Source of the DNA: Chlorokybus atmophyticus
Lineage: Eukaryota; Plantae; Mesostigma and Chlorokybus algae
DNA: 64,000 bases
Reading direction: 5' to 3'
Assembly (NCBI GenBank): GCA_009103225.1
Contig: RHPI01000160.1
Coordinates: forward strand, 49,377-113,376
The notes under the pieces were generated by a model. It was given only the letters and a program-made list of their open reading frames with translations. It had not been told where the DNA came from and ran no database searches. Made by a program: the position numbers and the translations under genes. Of the stretch, positions 11,303 through 22,150 are shown piece after piece. Every line of letters starts with the position of its first letter. Position 1 is the first letter of the stretch.

Positions 11303-14300
11303 ATGGAGGCGACCTACGACAAGGGGCAGATTGCAAAGCTGGACACCGACAACTACAACACATGGTGCGTGGAGATGAAGGCCTTGCTCATCCACAAGAA
11401 GGTGTGGAAGTACGTTGATCCGAAGGCACCACCACCAACACCAGGAGCGAACACTGTGTGGTCAGAGCATTCAGCAGAAGCACACTCTTTGCTTGTGTTG
11501 AACAGCAAACCGCATCACTTTCCCATGCTCACTGCATGTGAAGATGGTAGACAAGCTTGGGAAAAGCTATCAGCCGTTTTCAGAGCCAAGAACAATGCCA
11601 GAAAGTTGCATCTACGCAAGCAGCTCAGCGCACTCAGGAAGGAGGCAGCAGAACCCATCACAAAGTATGTTGCGCGCGCGAGAGAGCTGTGGGCGGACCT
11701 CATCAACGTCGGCCACAACATGGGGGAGACGGAGGTAGTGCTGGCCATTGTTGCAGGGCTACCAGCAGAGTACGAGGTCGTCGCAACCCTGCTGGAGACG
11801 TCATCATCGGAGTTGACGTTGGACGATGTGCTACCGAAGCTGCTCACCGTGGAGCAGAGGGTTGTGAAGAAGGACGAGCAAGCGGATGCCGTCGCCTTCT
11901 ACACCGGCAAGCACGCAAAGAAGAGCAACCATGAAGAGAAGTACAAGGGCAACAAGCCAGGCAATCCTCGTCACAAAGACCTCACATGCCACTGGTGTGG
12001 TTGGAAGGGGCACATTGTGAAGGACTGTAGGAAGAAACAACAGGGGCAACCTAGAGCAAGCACCAGCAACAGCGGCAACGAGCACCAACACAAGGAGAAA
12101 CATGTCGCCTTCACTGCATCCAGTTCGAGGGCGGGCACAGCTTTCTGGGTGGTGGACTCTGGCTGCGATCGTCATCTCACACCAAACAAGGAGGTGATGG
12201 AGGGCTACAGGAAGCTGACGTCCACAATCAAGGTGGCGGGCTTCGGTGGCGAAGTACTGGTGGCTGAGGGAGTTGGCAACGTACGACTCCAGTGCAAGGT
12301 TGGTAACACACTACGCGAGGTGTTGTTACGCAACGTCCTGCATGTTCCTAAGGCTATTGCGAGTCTATTCTCTGTGAGGGTTGCGGAGCGCTTAGGCGCG
12401 GAGATCCTATTTCGGAAGGGTGGCTGCTCAGTCATCCTTGATGGGGTCGTGCACATGGTTGGAATCGCTGATCCGGGAGGGCTCTACCACGTGGAGCAGC
12501 CTCAAGACAGAGACATTCAAGCCATGGTGGTGAAGGACAAGGAGTCGCCAACATTGTGGCATCGAAGGTTCGGGCATCTCAGCTACGTCAACCTCACTCG
12601 CCTTGTCGCTGAGAAGATGGTCAAGGGCATCCATCTCAGCACAGAAGAACTCAAGACAGCATCAGGTGCACTTTGTGAACCATGCCTGGTTGCAAAGCAG
12701 CATGCTATGCCATTCCCATCATCCTCTTCTAGCAGTCAGCATCCTTGCGAGCTTGTGCACATGGATGTCTGTGGCCCTATGCGCATTGTGGCGAAGGGAG
12801 GGGCCAGGTACTTTGCTACGTTCCTCGACGACTACAGCAAGCTGTCCATCATCTTTCCATTGACGCTCAAGTCAGAAGTTGCTGGAGCTGTGCGCACAGT
12901 CGTGGCCTTGTTGGAGACGCAGTCTGGCAACAAGATGAAGGCAATGAGGAGTGATCGAGGAGGGGAGTACATCAACAAGGAGTTGAAGGAGTTCTTCGCC
13001 AGCAAGGGCATACGCCACGAGACAACGGCACCCTACACCCCGCAGCAGAATGGAGCAGCTGAACGCCTCAACAGGACACTCTTGGAGCGTGTTCGAGCCA
13101 TGCTCAACGACACAAAGATGGAAGACAGTTTGTGGAAGGAGGCGGTACTCACTGCCAACTACATCCGCAACAGGTCTCCGGTGAGCTCAGAGCAGAAGAC
13201 TCCGTGGGAGCACTTCTATGGAGCCACACCAGATGTGAGTGGTATGCGTGTGTTTGGATGCACGGCATATGCACTAGTGCCTAAACAGCTCAGGCACAAG
13301 CTGGAGCCGGTCAGCAAGAAGGGCATCTTCGTTGGCTATGAACCGGGTTCCAAGGCTTACAGGATCTTGCTCGAGGACACTCAAAAGATCATTGTGAGCA
13401 GAGAGGTGGTTTTCCACGAGGGATTATCACAACCAGAAGCAGACTTCTTTCCTAAAGATGAAGCACAGCCGGAGCATCCTGAAACAGTGGAGGCTACAGG
13501 CAAGGCCATCATCGATGATAAGGGTGAGCAGGACTCTACTGTAGCAGACAAACAGTCGCACCTGCAGCAGGAGCACGCAGCTCGGAGATACCCAGTGAGG
13601 GAGAGAAAGGCACCTGACTTCTTACACAAGGCACACGTCGCCAGTGTGCAGAATGAGGAGCCAAGCACCTACGAGGAGGCATTGTTAGCACCAGATGCGG
13701 AGCAATGGCAGCGTGCTATGGACGAGGAGATTGCGTCACTCCATGCCAAGAACACTTGGTCACTGGAGCAGTTACCGCAAGGAGTGAAGACCATTCCAGT
13801 GAAATGGGTCTTCAAGGTGAAGCGTGATGGTCAGGGCAACATTGAGCGCTACAAGGCAAGACTGGTGGCAAAGGGCTTCTTGCAGCAGGAAGGTGTGGAC
13901 TTCAACGAAGTGTTTGCACCTGCAAGTAAGCATACCACCTTCCGTGCACTGCTAGCTGTGGTTGCTGCTGAGGACCTCAAGCTGCATCACCTGGATGTGA
14001 AGACTGCCTTCCTCTACGGAGAGCTGGAGGAGGAGATCTTCATCGAGCAACCACCTGGATATGAAGAAGGGGAGAGAGGCACAGCGTGCAAGCTGATCAA
14101 TGCACTGTACGGGCTGCGACAGGCACCGCGTATGTGGCATATCAAGCTCACCAAGGAGCTGGAGGCACTTGGCTTCATCGCATCCTCTGCAGACCCTGGG
14201 CTCTTCATCCATGCAGACAACAAGGTCTGGCTGCTCGTGTATGTGGATGATATAATCATCACCGCCAGGCAGGTGCACCACCTGCAGGAGACGAAACTTG

Positions 14301-15190
14301 CTCTACAGCAAGCATTCTCAGTTCGTGATCTTGGAGAGGCCAAGTGGTTCCTTGGCATGGTGATTGAGCGCGACAGGACTGCTCGCACAATCAAGATCAG
14401 TCAGAAGCATATGGTGAGAAGACTCGGCACCAAGTTTGGGCTCACTGAAGCGAAGACCAAGACCACACCGTTGGCACTTGGCACTGCCCTCATCAAGGCA
14501 AAGGATGAGGAGGTACTCAATAAGGCTTAGTATCCATATGGTGAGCTGGTAGGCAGCATGCTCTATCTGGCAGTGTGCACACGTCCCGATGTTGCACATG
14601 CTGTGGGAGTACTTGCTCGCTACATGTCTGCACCGAGCATGGAGCACTGGAGAGCAGCAAAGGGAGTACTACGCTATGTTGCTGGGAGCGCAACAGTTGG
14701 CATCAAGTTTGGGAGCGGGAGCACTGAGTTGGAGGGCTACTGCGACTCGGACTTTGCTGGTGACCTCAACAGCAGGAGGTCCACTACAGGCTACGTCTTC
14801 AAGCTGAACGGAGGCGTGGTGAGCTGGAACAGCAGGCTGCAGCCAACAACAGCAGCATCTACATCAGAGGCTGAGTACATGGCAGCGGCAGCAGCAGTAA
14901 AGGAGGCACTCTGGCTTCGCAAGCTCATGGCAGACTTGGAGCACCCCATGGCGTGCATCGTCATCAACTGTGACAACCAAGGAGCCATCAAGTTGTTGAA
15001 GCACCCTATCGCCTCGGCAAGGACGAAGCACATTGATGTCATGCATCACTTTGTGCGTGACAGAGTCACAAGGAAGGAGGTGGAGTTTCAATACTGCAAC
15101 ACCGAGGGCATGCTGGCGGACTTCATGACAAAGCCATTGTCACCACTCAAGTTCAAGACTTGTTGTGCAGGACTTGGCATCTGTGTTTGA
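11303..15190 (+). CDS. Copia Gag-Pol polyprotein with a single in-frame TAG at 14528-14530
   Basis: Knuckle CHWCGWKGHIVKDC; protease WVVDSGC; LWHRRFGHLS; integrase HMDVCGP / SDRGGEY / QNGAAER; RT LVYVDD; RNase H YCDSDFAG / EAEY / CDNQ. The frame continues past the TAG (KA*YPYGELVGSMLY). Confidence 0.95.
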
Positions 15191-15232
15191 CTACAGGAGC
15201 AAGCGTTGGAGGTCAAGCTGCTCCCGTGGGAG

Positions 15233-15656
15233 TGTTGAGAGTATTCGTACATACGATCAGCATCGACCCTCCACACAGGAGTAGAAGGTCGTAAGGACGA
15301 GCACTAGGTCCGGACTTAGCAAGATGGCATCGTCGGACCAGACTCCGGACTCCAGACTGGCGCCTTACTAACTGCTTCGTATCTCCGCGTATACTTACTC
15401 ATATTGGGCGTGTAAGAGCTTGTTGGAAAGCTCTGGTTGTAAGGAAGACAACAAAGCTTAGAGCGCGTCAAAAGGCTGGGTATAGCTTACGCAGTGCTTG
15501 CAAACGTAGACGTGTGTGTAACCGGCTGGTATAAGAACCAGCGGACAACTTGTAATAGATGAATGTGATGTGACTTGTGTATGCTCTGGTGGCGGTAGCT
15601 CTGTCCGTGTGTATCCATGCTTGCCTCAGCTACATGTGCATGCTAGTCCTTCAACA
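15233..15656 (+). repeat. Copia 3' LTR
   Basis: Near-identical to 10752-11175; preceded by purine-rich GTGGGAG. Confidence 0.97.
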
Positions 15657-15661
15657 ACAGG

Positions 15662-16900
15662 TACCCCATGCCTACAGCAGAGGGTATCTTCGATGATGTG
15701 GGAGACTGCACCGTCTTCAGCATCTGGACATGCGTCAAGGGTACAACCAAATCGCCATCAAGGACGAGGACAAGCACAAGACCTCCTTCTGGGGCAACCG
15801 ACAGTTGTACTAATGGAAGGTAATGCCGTTCGGGCTGAAGAATGCCCCCGCCAAGTTTCAACACGTAATGGACAAGGCCTTGAAGGGGCTGGACTGCGCG
15901 CGGTGCTACATCGATGACATCCTCATCTTCAGCCGCAGCAACGAGGAGCATCTTCAGCACATCGAAGCGGTGCTGGAATGACTCAAGGGAGTGGGGATGA
16001 CCGTACACCCCGACAAGTGTACCTTCTTCACCCACAAGGTGCCATACTTAGGGCACATGATTATGCCCCATGGTGTGTATGTGCAGCAGGCAAAAGTAGA
16101 GGCTCTGGCAGCTATCCCTGCCCCGACAGACCTCACACGTCTGCGCGCTTTCTTGGGACTTGCCAACTACTATCGTCGCTTCGCGAAGTCCTTCACGAAC
16201 CGGCGATAGTAGTTGGCAAGTCCCAAGAAAGCGCGCAGACGTGTGAGGTCTGTCGGGGCAGGGATAGCTGCCAGAGCCTCTACTTTTGCCTGCTGCACAT
16301 ACACACCATGGGGCATAATCATGTGCCCTAAGTATGGCACCTTGTGGTTCGTGAAGGACTTCGCGAAGATTGCAAGGCCCCTCAACGAGCTACTGAAGAA
16401 GGAGGTGGAGTTCGCGTGGAAGGAGCCGCAACAGCAGGCCTTCGAGGAGCTGAAGAGCAGGCTCACCACCACTCCCATCCTTCAACGTCCGGACTACGCC
16501 AAGCCTTTCATCCTTCACACCGACTGGAGCAAGCTGGGGATGGGAGCGGTGCTGGTGTAGCACGATGAGAACAGGGGGGGGGGGAGAAGGAGCGGGTGGT
16601 GTCNGCCAGCCGAAGCATCAACAGCGCCGAGGCCAACCACAGCAGCTACAAAGGGGAGTGCCTCGCTGCAGTGTGGGCCATCTCCTTCTTCCGACCTTTC
16701 CTCTTTGGTCGACAGTTCCAACTGATCACCGATCATTAGCCCCTCAAGTGGCTGATGACCAACCAACATCTGACAGGGAAACTTGCTCAATGGGCCCTGC
16801 TGTTGCAGGAATACGACCTCGAGATCGACCACCGTGCTGGCCTCACCAACCAAGACGCCGATGGCCTCAGTCGCAACCCTCACCTCAGCACCAACGACGC
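15662..16900 (+). pseudogene. Gypsy RT (3' part) and RNase H, with stops, frameshifts and an internal inversion
   Basis: YPMP..LDMRQGYNQI..MPFGLKNAP..YIDD (15907-15918)..LRAFLGLANYYRRF; RNase H FILHTDWSKLGMGAVL..YKGECLA..TDH*PLKWL..QWALLLQEYD..NQDADGLSR. Confidence 0.92.
16032..16347. repeat. Perfect 144-bp inverted repeat (fold-back duplication) within RT
   Basis: 16032-16175 is the exact reverse complement of 16204-16347, with a 28-bp spacer. Confidence 0.95.
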
Positions 16901-18596
16901 AACTGGAGCGCGGCATGAGCTCGTCCCTGCAGCAACAACCCCCACCATGGCAGCCATCTTTGCTGCTGCCGCGTTGCGCTCAGGGCGCAAGACCAACACC
17001 ACGGCCTCAGCAGTGGCAAAGGAGATCCCTGCCCTTGATTCTACCGGCCCTACGGCAACCACACCCTTGGGAGACGCCCACGCAGCCGACATTGACGTCG
17101 ATGACACAGAGCTGGCGCCCACAGACACCAGGCAGGACATATGGCAGGACAAGCCATCACTCTCCTTTCTTCAAAGTGGCCAGCTTCCCTCTGGCATGAG
17201 CGCCCGAGAGAAGGACCGAGTCAACCAACGCACCCGTCACTATCGATGGGCAGGTGACAAGCTGTATTGCCGCTTCCACGACGAAGACAAGGAAGTGCCG
17301 ACACCGGGCACACGCGAGGGCATCATCACTTCCCTCCACACTGAGCTTGGACACTTCGGTGTCAAGCGTATAGTCAGCCTAGTGAGGGCACAATATTGGT
17401 GGTATGGGTTAACAAAACAGGTGCAGGGGTTCGTCAGCCACCAGCAGTGTGACATGGTGCGCGCCAGCCTCAACACGCATAGCGCCACCTTGCACCCACT
17501 CCCCATCTCCGGTCTCTTTTACCGATGGGGACTCGACATCTTGGGGGACTTGGCACCCTCAGCGCGCGGCAACCGGTACATCCTGGCCATAATCGAGCAC
17601 TTCTCCAAATGGGTGGAGCTGGTACCATTACCCGACAAGAGCAGCAGGGGGGTGTCTCAAGCCTTCCTCTCTCACGTTCTCAGCCGATTTGGCAGCTGCG
17701 CCGAGGTCATCACTGACCAAGGTACTGAGTTCAGAGGGGAATTCGACACCCTCTTGGACAAATGTTACATCGACCACCGCCGTACCTCGCGTGATCACCC
17801 TCAAGCCGACGGCCTCGCCGAGCGTACAGTACAGACCATCAAGAAGGCACTTCGCAAATACGTGCTGGAGTTTGAGAAGAACACTTGGGATGACCACCTC
17901 CCGTGGGTGGCCCTTGGATATCGACTGTCAAAGCAGGCGGCTCTGCGGGAGTACAGCCCGTACTACCTGGTTTTCGGGCGACCACCATTGCTCCCCTTCC
18001 GTGCGCAGCAGGAGGTGGATCGCGTCGTGAACAACCTCGACGACCCTGACTGGGTGCACCACGACATCACCACACGCGCCGCGCTTTTCGAGCGCGCCGT
18101 CCCCATGGCCTTCAACAACCTGCGCATCGCGCAGCATCGCGACACGCTGCGCTACGAGCGCGTACGCAGCGGCTTCTACAAGGAGCGCCAACGACGGTTC
18201 CAAGTAGGGGATTTTGCCTATCGCATGGCAGCCACCAAAGACACGCTTGACACCTCCGTAGGCCGCACCGTCTACAAGGTACTCAAAGTGTACCCCACAG
18301 GGGTGCTGGACCTCCTTGGTAAAAACGGAGAGAGGTTGAAGGACAACATGGTGAACTGTGCGCCATGTCACCTTCCTTACGTAGCCGGCTTCGGGCGTAT
18401 CCAGCACCCTCTTCCCGCGCGCAGCACACGCTGTGAACGCTGCGGCAGCGCCAGCGACGACGCACTCATGATGCTCTGCAATGGCTGCAACACGGGCATG
18501 CATTGCTACTGCCTGGAGCCACCTTTGGATGCGATACCTATGGAGGAGTATTGGTGCGACGATTGCCGTACCAACGGCCCTCCTCACTTGCGCTAG
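16755..18596 (+). CDS. Gypsy RNase H tail plus integrase with a C-terminal PHD finger (open 613-codon stretch)
   Basis: LHTELGHFG zinc-binding region; DDE core WGLDIL / VITDQG / LAERTVQ; C4HC3 PHD CERC..LCNGCNTGMHCYC..YWCDDC at 18432-18566. Confidence 0.92.
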   Translation: MTNQHLTGKLAQWALLLQEYDLEIDHRAGLTNQDADGLSRNPHLSTNDATGARHELVPAATTPTMAAIFAAAALRSGRKTNTTASAVAKEIPALDSTGPTATTPLGDAHAADIDVDDTELAPTDTRQDIWQDKPSLSFLQSGQLPSGMSAREKDRVNQRTRHYRWAGDKLYCRFHDEDKEVPTPGTREGIITSLHTELGHFGVKRIVSLVRAQYWWYGLTKQVQGFVSHQQCDMVRASLNTHSATLHPLPISGLFYRWGLDILGDLAPSARGNRYILAIIEHFSKWVELVPLPDKSSRGVSQAFLSHVLSRFGSCAEVITDQGTEFRGEFDTLLDKCYIDHRRTSRDHPQADGLAERTVQTIKKALRKYVLEFEKNTWDDHLPWVALGYRLSKQAALREYSPYYLVFGRPPLLPFRAQQEVDRVVNNLDDPDWVHHDITTRAALFERAVPMAFNNLRIAQHRDTLRYERVRSGFYKERQRRFQVGDFAYRMAATKDTLDTSVGRTVYKVLKVYPTGVLDLLGKNGERLKDNMVNCAPCHLPYVAGFGRIQHPLPARSTRCERCGSASDDALMMLCNGCNTGMHCYCLEPPLDAIPMEEYWCDDCRTNGPPHLR

Positions 18597-19067
18597 CAGC
18601 TGAGCTCTGGAGCTAGAACCTCCCCCAAAACCCAGGGTGGGTGGCTTGTTGACTTTGTGTGCTACAGCACAGCATGTACACTAGGGAGAACACCGACTCC
18701 ACCTGCCCGTACTACCCAGCAGCAGCAGACCAGCTGCGCGAAGCACTTGTCACCATAAGAGTGGGGTCATCTTTTGTTTTTGCTGCGCGTTACACAGGTG
18801 GCGCAGCAGCATGTCCAGCACAACATGGCTGTCCATGCAGTTGTCCGAGACAGCGTGACCCTCGACTCCCCTCGACCCGACAAGTCGTTGATGTGTAATA
18901 AGCGATTGGCCGCTACGACTCATGCAGCCATACCTACGGACTGCTACATGTGTTATATGTTGGATGTAGCTGGGTTGAGTCACTGCAGATGTTGTTAATG
19001 AACCAACATTAACCTTGGCAAGGCAAAGTCACCGCATATGTTGTTAATGACCCTACACCTTGTCTGT

Positions 19068-19078
19068 AAGGGGGGGAG
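19068..19078 (+). promoter_or_regulatory. Gypsy polypurine tract
   Basis: AAGGGGGGGAG immediately before TGCTATCACCC. Confidence 0.8.
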
Positions 19079-19146
19079 TGCTATCACCCCCTTTAATCCC
19101 CTACCCCAACACCACCAACCACAGCCACGTCGCCGCCCCCGCTGGC

Positions 19147-19368
19147 AGCCAGGGGATCGAAAAGATCCCCTGGCTATGGCGGTCGCTGCGTTAGCAGCGC
19201 CATCCGGCCGATATCGACTTGAGACTCATGTCTAAAGTCGATATTAATGATAAATAACATAACACCTTATTAGGGTCTATAAAGGCCCTAATACGACTTT
19301 AATGGCTGTGTTTATCCCGTTGGGACCCTTATTTCTAATTAAATAAGGGCGGGGAACCGCATAGCGGT
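19147..19368. repeat. Cluster of at least 6 short hairpins
   Basis: AGCCAGGGGATC/GATCCCCTGGCT; CGCTGC/GCAGCG; ATATCGACTT/AAGTCGATAT; TATTAGGG/CCCTAATA; CCCTTATTT/AAATAAGGG; ACCGC/GCGGT. Confidence 0.85.
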
Positions 19369-19379
19369 AGCGCTCCGTT

Positions 19380-22150
19380 ACATTGTCCTTCGCAGCCTGC
19401 TTGCTTGCGGCCGCCTTCTCCTTGGCGGCCTTCTCCTTGACAGCCTTCTCTTTGAAAACCTACTCGGCATATACGCAAGTGCAAGTGTATTGTGATTGAC
19501 ATACATTATACAAAACCTTACATAAGCAATGCGTGCACCCGTTCAATGGAGGCCTCGTCCTCTTGTGTGTCCTCTGCGTCCTCCTCATTACTCTTGTCAT
19601 CGGTGGCTTCGTCGCCCTGTTGGGCCTCATCATCTAAAAAGTTTTTGGCTGCAACAGCGCTCTGCGACTAGAAGCGTTGAGGTTTGATAAGCAATAGACT
19701 ACTACGGGTTGGGCAGCCATATCTTGAAACGTTATGTAGGTTCTGTTGCCTAGATGCCTAGATAGAGCAAAGTATATATAAATTGCATCAATATTAAAAT
19801 TTGCACAGACAATATAGCTATTTGCGCAAGCATTGCTTTTTTGCCCCTTCCTTGAACGTATCTCCTACTTCTTTGCCCACCTTTTCCGCAGGCTGGACAA
19901 TTAGCAATGTGTAATAGCTGAGACTACTGACACAACATGGACAATATACATTGTTCACACAAATACGCTGCACGTAAAATATGGGCACGCGCATGCGCAC
20001 AAGTGTCAGATATATAAAGCATTTCAGCTAAGCACATAATTCAATGCATACCTTTCTCTTTTGCTTTCGTCGATCAATCTTCCCCTCCGCTGCGTTGAGC
20101 GCCTTCATCTTTGCGTGTACACACATATTTGGATTGTTAAAAGGCTAATAGTCGCACCACTTGTAGATGCAACTCCATGCTTACCCAAATGGCTGATTGC
20201 TTGAGCTGTGATAGCTTTCGGCTAGCCTCGTCTCGCAGCTCAAGTATCCATTGCGGGAAGGTTGAGACTCAAGCGCTATTACGTAAAAAAAGTTGGGCGT
20301 TACACGCAAGGACAAGCTGACATTATAAGGAATGTAACATTAATATCGACCGCAGGTAATACAAAACAAAACCAAGCGGCTTACCTTTCAGTATGTATTT
20401 GATCACCGAGGAAATGTTCAACCATCTCATGTTTATGTTTAAAGATTTGTATTAAAATTGACAAAACGCTTCACTTTGCTTTGCACAGTAGGTGTAGTCA
20501 GTTAGCTTAGGCTTTGTATGCGCAACCACTTCAACATGAAACTCAAGGCGTCATACCCGCACTCCTTTACTGTAGTCCTCATGATTGCAGTAAGTGTAAG
20601 GCTCGATTACCTTGATATCATTTCTCATCCTCTTCTGCAAATGTCATGAATACCCAGTATTTATAGCTATACAATCAGCCAAACAAGCGAAGTTGTGCTC
20701 ATTGACAAAGTGTACATGTTGTTACTGTGCAAGCTCGTCTTTCTTCTCCTTAAGGGCTTGTGCATCATCGTCGACAGGCCGTTTTTAACCTACAATCACA
20801 AAAAAAACAAGCAATGCCATAGCTGCTTGACTATTGGCATGCACATGAATGCACACGCAACTTGCTGGTTGAGGCTGCCTATTAACGGCGCTGCTTGTCA
20901 TAAACCTTAGCAAGTTAGTTGACATGCTTGTCCAAGGTCGTCTTTTCTTGCTCATTGCTTCGACAGTTTGCTCATAGAGATCCGCGGGCCAATTTGGCCC
21001 TATACGTATGATCATCTCCGCCTGCAAAAACAAAGCAATCAATTTGTTAAGAACCTTCGCATTTGTGAGCTTGAAGAAAGACACACACAGCTGTTAAACA
21101 ATGGCTGGAACCCTTGCGTCCAGCATACATGTGCATGCTGTGGTTGTTTGCAACTGCGAATGCTTGATCTAGACGCTACAGATGCAAACCCCCTTGCATT
21201 TACCATGTGCATGCTGTGTGAATTAGTATACACAAGAAACAACGCAGGTAACACATCCAACCTGAGCCCTAGCCATGGGCATCGCCTTTTTGCTTATGGC
21301 GATAAGCAAAGCACTTCAGCGCTCTGCCGCAGCTCTCTCTCGCGCCACTTTCAGCTCTGCCATTGCTACTCTAACTGCACCTCCGCAGCGTCAAGCACAA
21401 TACGTAAGTAGAGTTTGCGACATAAAGCTAACGAATTAAGGTTTCACCTTTCGCAACAAAGATGATTAGGGCAGAACCCTAATCATCTTTGTTTATGTGC
21501 TGTTCATTAAGGCAGCAGCAGGGTGGAGGCGACATGGCCAGCGCTTGGCGGAAGCAAGGTGGAGTTGCTGCCGAAGGTGGATTGTTTGGGTCCAACAGCT
21601 CAAGTAGCTTGAGCGATATAGAAAACGACCCTCTGATCCCCTCTGAACCCTCTGGCAGCCAATTTGCCAGGTTAGCTCCCGGGTCGGCAAGCCCAAGCAG
21701 CAGGTCAACAAGCTCCATTGATGTATTCAACTTGAGGCGTGTCCAGCATGGAGAGGAAGCCCAAGGATTGCTGCGTCATGACCAATAAGACCCCCTTCAA
21801 GTTAGAGTGCAACACACACACATGCAATGGCCACCCTTCTGCACTATGCATAAACAGCTTTGCCTCGCATTACCGTCATTTATTGTACTTTTTTGTTGTC
21901 CATGTAAAGATTGCCAGAATCGGTCGGCACTAAAGCACACAACCAAGCGCACACGCAACCGACATATCCGTGCACGTGGACTGCACGATCCGTTGGTAAG
22001 CAATTGTTTGGTTGGCTGAAGTCCGCTATGCTCTCGCACAATTATTAAGCATTTTTCCAAGTAATTGTTTCAAGCTGTGCAAGCAAGCACAGACAAGTTG
22101 TTACAATTTGCAAGAGGCACGGCAAAACTGAACACTTAAAACACTGCACT
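19380..22150 (-). pseudogene. Degraded intron-containing coding remnant, possibly a hAT-type transposase or TE accessory gene
   Basis: GT-AG-flanked pieces with stops: LKLLELLDPNNPP, AEMIIRIGPNWPADLYEQTVEAMSKKRRP (loosely like hAT C-termini), HEMVEHFLGDQIHTER, and a K/E-rich tail KEKAVKEKAAKEK. The family assignment is weak. Confidence 0.3.

Larger units (their letters stand above)
10752..15656 (+). mobile_element. Young, near-intact Ty1/Copia LTR retrotransposon nested in the Gypsy RT
   Basis: Paired 424-bp TG...CA LTRs; 5-bp TSD ACAGG (10747-10751 and 15657-15661); PBS; Gag-PR-INT-RT-RH order. Confidence 0.98.
4266..19089 (+). mobile_element. Ty3/Gypsy LTR retrotransposon carrying a C5-DNA methyltransferase and a PHD-finger integrase (decayed, interrupted by Copia)
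   Basis: Domain order Gag-PR-DNMT-RT-RH-INT is Ty3/Gypsy type. PPT AAGGGGGGGAG (19068-19078) is followed by TGCTATCACCC (19079-19089), whose exact reverse complement GGGTGATAGCA lies at 4266-4276 just upstream of gag, as expected for TG...CA LTR termini. Full LTR extents were not resolved. Confidence 0.92.

Noticed and set aside
7167-16739. In-frame TAG/TAA at Gln positions suggesting a TAR=Gln genetic code (as in some ulvophytes)
   Set aside because: The same element also has TGA stops and frameshifts. Host genes use ordinary CAG/CAA with no in-frame TAR in the exons I translated, and GGH and GCP4 end in TAA and TAG. Decay explains the pattern better.
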